Positions 1-11,574 of a DNA stretch of 64,000 bases are shown one piece after another. The DNA lies in contig CAVOWB010000007.1 of NCBI GenBank assembly GCA_963699995.1, positions 4,310 to 68,309 of the forward strand. The letters are read 5' to 3'. Position 1 is the stretch's first letter. Every line of letters begins with the position of its first letter. A program made the translations under genes and the position numbers. The stretch comes from Candidatus Bathyarchaeota archaeon (GTDB lineage: Archaea > Thermoproteota > Bathyarchaeia > Bathyarchaeales > Bathycorpusculaceae). The notes under the pieces were generated by a model. That model was not told the DNA's origin, ran no database searches, and worked only from the letters and a program-made list of their open reading frames with translations.

Positions 1-1774
1 GCTTGAGTACTTTGACGCGTTTATAGTTGGGTTGACTGCGACGCCTTCTAAGCAGACTTTGGGTTTTTTCAATCAGAACTTGGTGATGGAGTATGGGCAT
101 GACCGAGCAGTTGCCGACGGCGTAAACGTCGCCTATGATGTTTATCGTATTTCAACAAAGATCACCCGTGGGGGCAGCAGAGTTGAATCCGGCTTCTATG
201 TGGACAAACGGGATAAATTGACTCGGAAGGTTCGCTGGGAACAGCTAAATGAAGACCTCGAATATGATGCTAAAGAATTGGACCGCAGCGTAGTTGCCAA
301 AGACCAGATACGAACTGTGATTAGGACTTTCAGGGATAAGTTGCCAACTGAGATTTTTCCTGGGCGCACAGAGGTTCCCAAGACATTGGTTTTTGCCAAA
401 GACGACAGCCACGCTGAGGACATAGTGGAGATTATTCGCGAGGAGTTTGGGAAGGGAAACGATTTCTGCAAGAAAATCACCTACCGCACCATGGAACGCA
501 CTGAGGATTTGATTGCCAGTTTTCGCAACTCCTACAATCCACGCATAGCAGTTACGGTAGACATGATTTCAACGGGCACCGACATTCGCCCGTTAGAGTG
601 TCTTCTGTTCATGCGTGATGTGCGATCGAGACGTGTATTTTGAGCAGATGAAAGGCAGAGGCACACGCACAATCTCCAACACAGACTTAAAAGCAGTTAC
701 TCCTGGGACTGAGAGCAAGACCCATTTTGTTATTGTTGACGCGGTTGGCGTTTGCGAGAGCGACAAGACAGATTCGCGCCCCTTAGAACGCAAACGAAGC
801 ACGCCTTTTGATACTTTGGTTGGATCTGGTTGCTTTAGGCGTTCGGGATGTGGATACCTTGACTTCTTTGGCTGGTAGGCTTGCGCGTGTTGACAGAGAA
901 TTAGACGTTGATGAGCGGAAGGAGATAGAGGCAGCAGCCGGAGGAAAACCGCTCAAACAAATAATTAATGGGTTATTTGATGCGGTGGATCCTGATAAGC
1001 AGGTTGAGAAGGCAAAGCAGCTTTTCAAAACCGAGACCCCAACGGCTGAGCAAGTCAAGAAAGCTTCTGCCGAATTAGCCAAGAGCGCCTGTGCCCTTTT
1101 CGATGCGCCTGTTGTTCAGAAATACCCTTATTGAGGTTAAGCAGAGAAACGAGCAAACCATAGACACAACCAGCAGGGACCAAGTAGTTTTTGCTGGTCA
1201 CGACCCCTTAGCCAGCTGAAAAAGCACGGCTAACCGTGAAATCCTTCAAGGACTTCATTGAACACAACAAAGATGAGCTAATTGCGCTACAGATCATTTA
1301 CAGCAGACCTTACGGCCAAAGGCATTTGACTTACGAGGCAATCAAAGAACTAGCTGACGCCATCAAGAAACCGCCGTATAATTTGACTCCTGAACTGGTC
1401 TGGCTGGCATATCAGCAACTGGAAAAATCCAAAGTTAAAGACGCTGGACCACAAAAACTCTTAACAAACATCGTTTCCCTGGTGCGATTCGCCACTGGCA
1501 AAGCCGATGTGCTGGAACCATTCGGCAACGTGGTAGATTACCGGTTTAACGATTGGCTCATCAAACAAGAGTCCTTGGCAAACACTTCACACCTGAACAG
1601 AAAGAATGGCTAAAAATGATAAAAGAACACATAACCACCTCCCTAAACGTCAGCTTAGACGACTTCGAGAATGTGCCCTTTAACCAGAAAGGCGGAGCAG
1701 TCAAAGCCTACCAACTATTCGGAAAAGAACTAAACCAAACACTAGAAGAACTAAACACGGTGCTAACAAAGTGA
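1..1774 (+). pseudogene. hsdR: Type I restriction enzyme R subunit (HsdR), C-terminal half, 5'-partial and multiply frameshifted
   Basis: ORFs 32-643, 615-878, 808-1134, 1236-1613 and 1553-1774 read consecutively as an HsdR helicase C-domain (VYFEQMKGRGTR string) followed by an EcoEI-R-type C-terminal domain. They lie in different frames, so at least 4 frame changes are needed. Confidence 0.8.
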
Positions 1775-3206
1775 CTGAGATAAAGCAGTCTATCTGCAGT
1801 TGCCTCCAAGGTTGGGTTTGGACTCCAATCGGGGATATATGCGAAGCTTTCATTGGAAGTGGAACCGAGCCCAAAGGCGGACAAAAAGGTCAATTATACG
1901 GAAAGCATTCCATACATCAGCAGTCAAAATATTTCCAAATGGTACTACGCCATATCTGAAGAAGTCGCATCTTGAAGTAGCAGCAGCATACTCGTAAGAA
2001 ATGGACGAAATCATCATTTCCTAATGGTCGGAACTCCTCGACAAACATGGCATATGGTCGATCCGCATGTATCAGAAGGGTTGCAAATAGCCTCAATCAG
2101 CATGTATGCATAATAAGACACTGCTTGTTGCGAATCCGATGCGTATCTATTTGTCAATTTCCTTACTTCAAAGCATGGTTAGACCCAGAATTTCACACAG
2201 TCATCGGAGTTACCAGACAAGGTTTGAACTACATCCAATGTAGTTATCTCAAATACCTCTTGCCACCATTGCAATGAGCAGAATCGTATTGTTGGCAAGG
2301 TAGAGGGGCTTTTTTCTTTCCTCGACGCAGGCACAGAGTCGCTTCGCAAAGTCCAAGCGCAGCTCAAGCGTTACCGCCAAGCAGTCCTAAAATATGCTTT
2401 TGAGGGGAAGCTAACTGAGGAATGGCGAAAAACCCAAAAGATCAGATAGAATCAGCACAAAGACTCTTGAAAGGATCAATGAACAGAAACAGACTAATCA
2501 GGAAGATGCAGAATCGAACTACCTGTTATGGATGAAATCAGACTTTGCCAAATTACCAGAATGTTGGGTAATGGCGCTTGGCGAAATCCTGGTATACAAT
2601 AATTGCTGATTTGAGTACCCGAAATGTTTAAATAAAGAGCTGCAAAATTCGCGTAGTTAGAGGTCATTAACGTAGGTTATGGTGAGTTCAAAGCGAGAAT
2701 TTCGAGTAAATTGAAGACGTACGTATCGATATTCCTGCAAAGAAATGGTAGAGTTGCTAATTATATGTTGGTACTTGGAAACACCGCTGATAATTCCAAT
2801 AGGAACTGATCACGCTATACATCTTGGATCAAACGTAGACATTGCTCTCGATAACTACCAATTGAAAGATGCAAGATTCATCGTTATTTGTATTTTCTCC
2901 TATTATGGACAAAACGTAATTAGCTCGAACAAGCTCAACAGCTGTCGCAAACTTCATCTATAAAGCAGATTCGGCATTTTAAGTTGCCATGCCGCTCTTT
3001 CATTAATGAACAGTTAGAAATCGTTGAAGAAATTGAACGACAGTTTTCAATTGCTGAAGAATATTGAAAAAATACTTGGAGCAAAGTCTTAAGCAGTCAA
3101 ATAGCTGCGCCAAAGTATTTTGAACAAGGCCTTTGAAGGAAGGCTTGTTCCTCAAGACCCAACTGATGAACCTGCAGAGAAATTATTGGAACGCATAAAG
3201 AACTAA
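1771..3206 (+). pseudogene. hsdS: Type I restriction specificity subunit (HsdS), fragmented
   Basis: Three recognisable pieces are present. The N-terminus is LQGWVWTPIGDICE. The central conserved helix is QNRIVGKVEGLFSFLDAGTESLRKVQAQLKRYRQAVLKYAFEGKLT (about 2283-2440). The C-terminal conserved helix is LNKAFEGRLVPQDPTDEPAEKLLERIKN, ending at 3206. They are in different frames, with stops between them. Confidence 0.75.
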
Positions 3207-3259
3207 ACGTATTAGAGAATAAAAACTAAAAATAATAATCAGATGGAGTTATCTCAGCT

Positions 3260-4739
<1,480 letters not shown>

Positions 4740-4741
4740 TA

Positions 4742-5512
4742 TTACTTTTTGTCTTCTGGTTGAGTTTTCCTTAACCCATAATTGGCGAATCCAAGAGGAT
4801 ATATTAGAGACCTGTTGAGGTCTGCTTCCCATTGTTCGGCTCTTGGATCTTTCAACGCCCTTGCCGTGTCAATGAGGTTCCGCTGAAAAAAGACTGCTTC
4901 CTTAAGCAAATCATCTATACGTTTACTTGCTAGGAATATTTTGCCTTGCAGCATTTCATCGGATGCCTTAATGCATTCATCTGAGAACTTCTTAATGATG
5001 TTGTCGAATAATTGCTGGCTTACATCTTTTAAAGACATAATTAGTCGAAACATCGCTGGAACGTTCGCATTAATTCGCGCAGGCTGACCGAACCTTCCTT
5101 CTTCTTCCGCTGCAAAAACTGCAAGTCCATTCATTATTTTTTCAGATTTCTCCAAGTCGCCAGCTAGAATCTCAATTCTTTCAAGAAAGGACTGAAGTTC
5201 GTCTAAATTAGTATGCGAAGGGTTGACAAGTTCACTCCCAAAAAAGAAAATCTGACTCATGCTAGGCGAAATGTGAATTTTTGAATTAGGAGGGAAATCC
5301 CCACCCGCAATTTCGCATTGAGGTAAAGGATAATGCTCGCCCCAACCGTCTTTGCCCCTCTTGTTTTTGGGTTGTCCTTCAAAAGTTCGGCATGAGAAAC
5401 CTAGATTCTGGGCTTTAGATCTTGTTTCCTCAACATCTATTTTGACCTTGTATTTCCAACGAGCAAACTCGGGTTCCTTATGACTCTTTGCGCGTGTCAT
5501 CGCAAAACCCAC
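4742..5512 (-). CDS. Hypothetical protein, 256 aa, no recognisable family
   Basis: Intact long ORF, convergent with hsdM and divergent from the AbrB/integrase cassette. I recognise no motif in it. Confidence 0.55.
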   Translation of the reverse strand: MGFAMTRAKSHKEPEFARWKYKVKIDVEETRSKAQNLGFSCRTFEGQPKNKRGKDGWGEHYPLPQCEIAGGDFPPNSKIHISPSMSQIFFFGSELVNPSHTNLDELQSFLERIEILAGDLEKSEKIMNGLAVFAAEEEGRFGQPARINANVPAMFRLIMSLKDVSQQLFDNIIKKFSDECIKASDEMLQGKIFLASKRIDDLLKEAVFFQRNLIDTARALKDPRAEQWEADLNRSLIYPLGFANYGLRKTQPEDKK

Positions 5513-5549
5513 CTAGGTATGAGCGAGATACAAGTCCCAACCTCAAAAC

Positions 5550-5564
5550 TTAAACATTGTTTAA
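5550..5564. promoter_or_regulatory. 15-nt perfect palindrome TTAAACA-T-TGTTTAA abutting the AbrB-like gene start
   Basis: Read directly from the sequence. It lies in the 52-nt divergent intergenic region and is AT-rich, so it could be a TATA element, an operator, or both. Confidence 0.35.
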
Positions 5565-5747
5565 ATGGAAATGATGAAAATGCCCCTCAAAAGAAAAATA
5601 TGTAAAATCGGAAATAGCTTTGCAATATTTCTCCCAAAATCATGGGTCTTGCTTCTTGAAGCAAAACATGGCAAAATTAACGCAGTGGCAATCGAGGTCG
5701 ACGGTAATCTTAACATTAGCCCGATTCTAGAGGAGAATAGGGCATGA
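5565..5747 (+). CDS. AbrB/SpoVT (MazE-like) domain DNA-binding protein
   Basis: The KICKIGNSFAIFLPKSW string is typical of the swapped-hairpin AbrB/MazE fold. The protein is 60 aa and its stop overlaps the next gene's start. Confidence 0.6.
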   Translation: MEMMKMPLKRKICKIGNSFAIFLPKSWVLLLEAKHGKINAVAIEVDGNLNISPILEENRA

Positions 5748-6238
5748 GCGCAAGTGATGAGCATGCACAAAAGGTGTCTTCTCAGAATGGAGAAGAGAAA
5801 AATGGTGAGAAGGCTTCACATAGGAAAACAAAAAAACCCTCTGACAGTTGTACCGAAGTTAACTACCCCCAGAGTGTCTTCAGCGGCGTCAGGAAGACTG
5901 TTGGATTCAAGTGTGATACGGGGCTTCATGAGGAGTTTAAACGGGTAGCACAGGCTAAAATGGGCTCCGTCTGCAAACCTTTAGAAGCTTTTGAAATCGC
6001 CGTTTTAGCCCTCAACAAAGAGCAGGTTAACTTTGGTACAACTGTCCGCATCGAAAACCTAAATATTATGCGAGAGCTTCGCACGCGACGCAAGGGTGTT
6101 GCAGATAAATGTGGATTCGTCAAGTGTGACAATCCCGCCATTGCCGAAGGTATTTGGCAAGATAAGAAAATCTTTCCATTATGTGCAAAACATCTTCTGG
6201 AAGCGATAAACAACCCGAAAAACTGGAGATTATCTTAG
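5744..6238 (+). CDS. Hypothetical protein with possible ribbon-helix-helix segment and Cys-containing C-terminus
   Basis: VGFKCDTGLHEEFKRVAQAK followed by a helix looks RHH-like, after a basic low-complexity N-terminus. The gene is translationally coupled to the AbrB-like gene. Confidence 0.5.
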   Translation: MSASDEHAQKVSSQNGEEKNGEKASHRKTKKPSDSCTEVNYPQSVFSGVRKTVGFKCDTGLHEEFKRVAQAKMGSVCKPLEAFEIAVLALNKEQVNFGTTVRIENLNIMRELRTRRKGVADKCGFVKCDNPAIAEGIWQDKKIFPLCAKHLLEAINNPKNWRLS

Positions 6239-6239
6239 C

Positions 6240-6449
6240 ATGCTGAAGGCTCTGGTCATTGCTCCCAACGAGAAAACTGTTGAGTTTGGCTGTTTGTTGG
6301 CTGTGGCTAGGGCTGAGGCTCGTAGGCGTGAGCATGTTGGGGTGAATCCGCCTGTTAGGGCGTTGCTGTTTGTTCCAGAATTGAAGGTCTACGTCGCTGT
6401 CTACGAAGTAGTTGAGAACGGCAAGAACAGCAAGAAGGATTTTGGGTGA
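6240..6449 (+). CDS. Small hypothetical protein (69 aa)
   Basis: The ATG is 2 nt after the upstream stop, and the ORF ends 5 nt before the integrase ORF. Support is positional only. Confidence 0.35.
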   Translation: MLKALVIAPNEKTVEFGCLLAVARAEARRREHVGVNPPVRALLFVPELKVYVAVYEVVENGKNSKKDFG

Positions 6450-6454
6450 GATGA

Positions 6455-7726
6455 TTGGTTGAGGGAAAGGTTGGCTTCCGAAGCAAAGGCATATTCGACA
6501 AAGCCAGTATAGAAAACAGCTGGGAAGTCGGACCGCAGGTCTCCGCTGGCACCAACCCCCTATGCCTCCAATGTGGCTCAAACAAACTTTACCTCGATGG
6601 TCTACGGTATTTGGCTAATGGCTCCAACGTCCAACGTCGGTTATGTAGAGACTGCGGTTACCGATTCTCAGAAAAACCACCACAAACAAAACCAGAATGG
6701 TCAATTAATACCAGAAGTGCCTTAACGTCTAAGCGTCGAATATGCGCAAAGAAGGCGAAAAATTTGACCTCAGCAACAGAAACAAAAACTGTTGCGGGAG
6801 ATTTAGAAAGACTACCACAAGACGTCAAAGGCTTAATCACAAAATACATGGCATACCTCGAAAAAGAAGGCTACTGCACAGAATCCTCATACCCCCGCTA
6901 TCTTAAAACCCTGGTTAATCTCGGCGCTAACTTGATAGACCCCGAAAACGTCAAAGAAACCCTCGGCAAACACAAAGTAAAAAACGGAACAAGAATGGTC
7001 TTCGTCGCCGCCTACGACGCCTTCGCAAAAATGCAAAAAATCCAATGGGAACCGCCAACATACCACCAGGAAGAACACTTGCCCTGGATCCCGGAAGAAA
7101 AAGAACTCGACTGTCTAATTGCCGCAGCACACAGCAGAAAGATGGCGACGTATCTGCAATGCCTCAAAGAAACATTCACCGACCCGAGCGAAGCCCTACG
7201 AATAGAATGGACCGACATATCCGGAACAACAATAACCATCAACCATCCGGTGAAACATCACGACCCAAGACTTATGGAAGTCTCAGAAAAACTAATAGCA
7301 ATGATTAACACGCTGCCCCGCAAATCTGAAAGAGTTTTCGCCACCAACTACGCAAACATCAGCCGATCCTACTACAAACTGCGCAGAAGAGTAGCCAATG
7401 ACCAAATGAACCCGCGCCTGCTAAAAATAGAGCTTCGAACCTTTCGCCACTGGGGAGCAACAATGATCGCATACTACACTAACGGTAACGTGCTCACCGT
7501 CAAAAAACTCCTCGGACTCAAGAAACTCGAAAACGTCATGAAATACATCGGCTTAATCAACTTCAAAGACGACCAATTCGAAGTAGCCTCAGCAACAACC
7601 GTCGACGAAGCAAAGAACCTGCTAGCTACTGGTTTCACGTACATCCAGGAAATCAAGGGCATCATGCTCTACAGACGACCAAAAAGGTTCGCGAAATACT
7701 CAAATCAAACAAACAACCGGTCATAG
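6455..7726 (+). CDS. Tyrosine recombinase/integrase with N-terminal zinc ribbon
   Basis: The N-terminus carries CLQCGS...CRDCGYRF. The C-terminal catalytic region includes ALRIEWTDIS, LRTFRHWGATM and LLGLKKLENVMKYIGL, which contains the putative Tyr nucleophile. The start is non-ATG (TTG at 6455), so the exact start is uncertain. Confidence 0.75.
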   Translation: MVEGKVGFRSKGIFDKASIENSWEVGPQVSAGTNPLCLQCGSNKLYLDGLRYLANGSNVQRRLCRDCGYRFSEKPPQTKPEWSINTRSALTSKRRICAKKAKNLTSATETKTVAGDLERLPQDVKGLITKYMAYLEKEGYCTESSYPRYLKTLVNLGANLIDPENVKETLGKHKVKNGTRMVFVAAYDAFAKMQKIQWEPPTYHQEEHLPWIPEEKELDCLIAAAHSRKMATYLQCLKETFTDPSEALRIEWTDISGTTITINHPVKHHDPRLMEVSEKLIAMINTLPRKSERVFATNYANISRSYYKLRRRVANDQMNPRLLKIELRTFRHWGATMIAYYTNGNVLTVKKLLGLKKLENVMKYIGLINFKDDQFEVASATTVDEAKNLLATGFTYIQEIKGIMLYRRPKRFAKYSNQTNNRS

Positions 7727-7879
7727 ATTCGGAAATTGGAAGAAAGCTGCCTTATCCGCCAAAAGTATCTGGTATACAGGAAAAAAGAAATCAAATAAGC
7801 CTATATACCACATAGCAGTGTACTTATGCAAAAGTTAAAAAGGCGTATTGCGAAGAAAACGGTACCGGAGAACTAAACT

Positions 7880-8233
7880 ATGGAATTCTGTCCCAAATGT
7901 GGTTCGCGTCTTGAACCTAAAAAATCCAAGAGCGGAAAAGAATCCACTGTCGTCCTTGTCTGCCCCAAAGATGGCTACAAGAAGGAGACCGGCAAGAAAG
8001 CTGAACCGCCAAAAGTGGGCAAAGTCATACAGCACAACCCACAGCAGCTCGTAGCGGTCATCGGCAAGGAAGAGCAGAAGCTACGGACTCTTCCGACAGT
8101 CAGGATAGAATGCCCCAAATGTGGCAACAACACCGCTTACGTTTGGCAGGTGCAGACGAGAGGAGCAGACGAGTCGTCCACGCAGTTTTTACGATGCACC
8201 AAATGTAGCTACACCTTCAGAGAATACAGCTAA
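7880..8233 (+). CDS. tfs: Transcription factor S / RNA polymerase subunit M-like
   Basis: An N-terminal Zn ribbon (CPKCGS...CPKDG) and a C-terminal TFIIS-type ribbon (CPKCGNNTAYVWQVQTRGADESSTQFLRCTKC) are both present. Confidence 0.9.
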   Translation: MEFCPKCGSRLEPKKSKSGKESTVVLVCPKDGYKKETGKKAEPPKVGKVIQHNPQQLVAVIGKEEQKLRTLPTVRIECPKCGNNTAYVWQVQTRGADESSTQFLRCTKCSYTFREYS

Positions 8234-8501
8234 CAACTTTCCTTTCTTGATTTAGATTCTGAGGAGAAAACTAGATAGCTGCTTCTTGTATGTGAGTGCC
8301 TTGGCAGTGGCGATTTCTTTCTTTGACCACATATAAGCAGGGCCAGTTGGAATTCTGCAGATCGCCTCTTTAATCTACTTGCAAACGTGAACTCGAGGGC
8401 CCCTTTCCTAGGCGCGTCTGAAAAGTTGTTGAGCGTCATCTTTAAGAGCAGAATCTATATAACTTCACAGCGTACCATATGCATGAAACGAGGAAGCAGG
8501 A

Positions 8502-9257
8502 ATGTTTAAGCTCAAAGTAACCGACGCCAAACTCCTAAGAGACATGGCCACTGCCATATCAATTCTGGTCGACGAAGCCACGTTCAAAATTGAACCTGAC
8601 GGTCTAAAACTTCGCGCCATGGATCCTTCAAGAGTTGCAATGATTGATTTCGAATGGCCTAAAACTATCTTCGAACTGTACGAGTCCACTGAGCCTTCCA
8701 AAATGTGCATAAACATAAGTGAACTACTAAAACTCCTCAAACGCGCCGGAAAAGATGAATCTGTCGAGTTGACTTTGGACGAGAAGACAGGGCGCCTTCA
8801 AATCAAAATTATGGGCAAATACGCGCGCAACTTCACAATGCCCACGCTTGAAGCCTCCGAAGAAGAGGTCCCGACGCCCAAGATAAACTTTAACGTTAAA
8901 GCCAAGACCACCACGCAGGGTCTGAGCCAAGCCATTGAAGACGCGCAGCTAGTGAGTGACCACGTAAAAATCGAGGCAGACGCAGAAAAGCTAACTTTGA
9001 ATGCTACTGGTGATTTGATGGGCGCCACTATCACACTGCCCAAAGGCAGCGACGCACTCCTCGATCTGGAAGCCAAAGAGCCTTCTAAGGCAACGTTCAG
9101 CCTGAGCTACCTGTCGGAGATAATCAAAGCCGCCTCGGCGACAAGTGACATAGCTACGCTTGAATTCTCCACTGACATGCCTATCCGAATTGATTTCCAG
9201 CAGACCAGAGAGGGAAAACTGACCTTTTTCTTGGCACCCAGAATCGAAACTGAGTAG
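8502..9257 (+). CDS. pcn: DNA polymerase sliding clamp PCNA
   Basis: 251 aa. FKLKVTDAKLLRDMATAISILVDEATFKIEPDGLKLRAMDPSRVAMIDF is a typical archaeal PCNA N-terminus. Confidence 0.9.
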   Translation: MFKLKVTDAKLLRDMATAISILVDEATFKIEPDGLKLRAMDPSRVAMIDFEWPKTIFELYESTEPSKMCINISELLKLLKRAGKDESVELTLDEKTGRLQIKIMGKYARNFTMPTLEASEEEVPTPKINFNVKAKTTTQGLSQAIEDAQLVSDHVKIEADAEKLTLNATGDLMGATITLPKGSDALLDLEAKEPSKATFSLSYLSEIIKAASATSDIATLEFSTDMPIRIDFQQTREGKLTFFLAPRIETE

Positions 9258-10696
9258 TTAGGCGGCAGTATGCAGCTGGAAACGATGAGATTCACCCCAA
9301 CTGACTTGGCGAAGTACTGTCACTGAAAGAATACAAGCGGCAGTACAGATGAAGAGAGCCTTAGGCTTGAGACATAAATGAGTTGACGAGTCTCCGAGCT
9401 GGGGCAAATTTTGTCTCTGTTTTCCCAAGAGATACGTTAACGGGTTTTTAAAAGTGCGGCAAATGTCATCAATTTGTCCGTACGGATGCAATGATTTGAA
9501 GAATCTCGCAATTATAGGTCATTAAGGCTCTCCTTCTCCGGTCTGACCCACGAATGTTCGACTTGGTACGAAGAACAGTTTCGTCAAATCCGAAACGTTA
9601 CGCAATTAGCGTGAGCAATTGAATCCACGCTTACACCTTGACTAACAGGTATGTCACCAAAGTGAATCGCTCAGTGTGTGAAAGGTAATTGCCTTTGCTG
9701 CCATTTTCATGAAACCACTGACACAAGATGGATACTCTGAACTCCTGTGCGCGAACTATTTGGTCAATTCTTCCAGTTGGGGACTTTAGTTTAATGAAAG
9801 TTGCGCTTTATTTATCAATATGATTCTGAATTCGGAAGCAAGATAAATTCTTGATCGGCCTAAGACTAACAATGCAGATACTTGACTTCTTCTTGTAAAA
9901 GCCTTGATAGTTATAAGGCGTTATGGTTACAGGACCAGTCTCAAGTCGTCTGTTAATCAGAATCCATTTCAAATCATGGGACAAACGTCCACTTGCCGTG
10001 TTCTCAAGGTATTTGGCAAAAGGTACGTGCATTGAAGTGGTTCCGTTTCTTCTTCTAAGCTGAAATCCCATTTGAAAGCTTTGGCAAATCAAAAATCACG
10101 TAGGCTCGTTATTCTTGCTTGAGGTAATGGTTAATAGTCTGTTCCCCAAAGAGGGCAAATCTTTCGAGCAGTTTTGAATCAGCCACTCCGGCTATATATA
10201 AAATGGCGCTGAGGAAACGATGCTATCTCAGTATCTGCATCTTTCCCGGGTTCGGCGGAGAGGCATAACGAAGGTCAAATGATATTGAACTCGTTGCTTA
10301 GCAATGTTCAACAAGTGGTGATCCCACAAGTCGTCAAGTCCAATTCGGATGGCGAGATGTGCCGTCTCGCCTGTGGCAAGAAAGGGTATTTTGCCATATC
10401 GCTGTAGCGATTGAAATAGGATCACCCATATCAATGTATAGCTGTTCTCTCTTATGTTCTCGCATCCTCCAGAAGAAATTGAAACAAGTTGTTTGAGGAG
10501 ATAACAGCGCTGGAAGACATTGCTAGCCTCCATCGAAGTCATCATCCATAGATTATTATTCCTGAGGAAACAGAAGTTGCCTGACTAGCGCGTCGCTAAC
10601 TCTTAAAATTGGCTCCGCTTCAGTTGTGACTGTTGACTGATTCGATATAATATTTATTAGTTCTACATGTGATAGTTGGGTTAGTGAACATTCTAG

Positions 10697-11446
10697 ATGC
10701 TCCCTAACGTCCAGGGCAACTCAGGAGTCATCTCAACAATCGGCGTCATTCTTCCAACTTACTCTGAAGCTCAAAATATAGCTAACCTCATCGCCGAAAT
10801 CGAAGCTCTCCCCCTGCGCATATCAATCCTAGTCATAGACGACTCGAGCCCAGACAGGACTGCGGACGAAGTAAAAACTTTGCAGAAGAAATACCCAAAC
10901 ATTCTACTTCTCGAGAGACCCCAGAAAAATGGCTTGGGCTCAGCCATTACTGACGGTTTCCGAACGTTCCTGTCTCTGAAGAATATTCCTGATTTCGTAG
11001 TCACGATGGATGCGGATTACTCACATAACCCCAAAGACATCCCCATGCTGATCGAAACCATGAGCAACGAATGCGACTTGGCTATCGGCAGCAGGTACTG
11101 CAAAGGCGGCAAAACTGCAGGGTGGCCCACCGCTCGAAAGATAATTAGTCGTGGTGCAAACACCGTTGCACGTTTTATCCTTGGGTTGAAGCTAGACGAC
11201 TGCACAAGTGGTTTTCGCTGTTACTCCACCGCTTTCCTGAAGCAAGCGATTGTTCATCTCCATAGCCAAACCTATGATATTCAAATAGAAACCGTCAAGC
11301 AAGCCCACATGCAAGGTTTTAGAGCCAAAGAAGTCCCGATTCTTTTTGTGAATAGGAAACGAGGAAAATCCAAACTATCCCTCTGGGAGATTCAGAACTA
11401 CGTTTCTTACATTTTCAAGACGCTAGTTTTTAGGGAAAGTGACTGA
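10697..11446 (+). CDS. GT2 family glycosyltransferase, dolichyl/polyprenyl-phosphate mannose (or glucose) synthase-like
   Basis: VILPTYSEAQNI...ILVIDDSSPDRTADEV...MDADYSHNP...GSRY...SGFRCY are DPM1-like GT-A motifs. Confidence 0.8.
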   Translation: MLPNVQGNSGVISTIGVILPTYSEAQNIANLIAEIEALPLRISILVIDDSSPDRTADEVKTLQKKYPNILLLERPQKNGLGSAITDGFRTFLSLKNIPDFVVTMDADYSHNPKDIPMLIETMSNECDLAIGSRYCKGGKTAGWPTARKIISRGANTVARFILGLKLDDCTSGFRCYSTAFLKQAIVHLHSQTYDIQIETVKQAHMQGFRAKEVPILFVNRKRGKSKLSLWEIQNYVSYIFKTLVFRESD

Positions 11447-11574
11447 GATCAACCGTAATGTACGGATTTTAGGTTTTTGTTTTCTGTGAACCTTTAAGAA
11501 TCGTACACGATAAGAGTATGCAGCATGGTTCCGTTGCCAGCCATTTGCCGCCACACGCTTCGGAGAAGATACAC

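Larger units (their letters stand above)
5513..7726 (+). mobile_element. Integrase-bearing cassette, probably the right part of an integrated element
   Basis: Four co-directional genes overlap or are separated by no more than 5 nt (5565-5747, 5744-6238, 6240-6449, 6455-7726), and the last is a tyrosine recombinase. The cassette sits next to a decayed R-M operon. No att repeats were identified. Confidence 0.45.

Noticed and set aside
9290-9350. C/D-box sRNA candidate (CGATGAG ... CTGA)
   Set aside because: The C box deviates from RUGAUGA, and no C'/D' pair or terminal stem was found.
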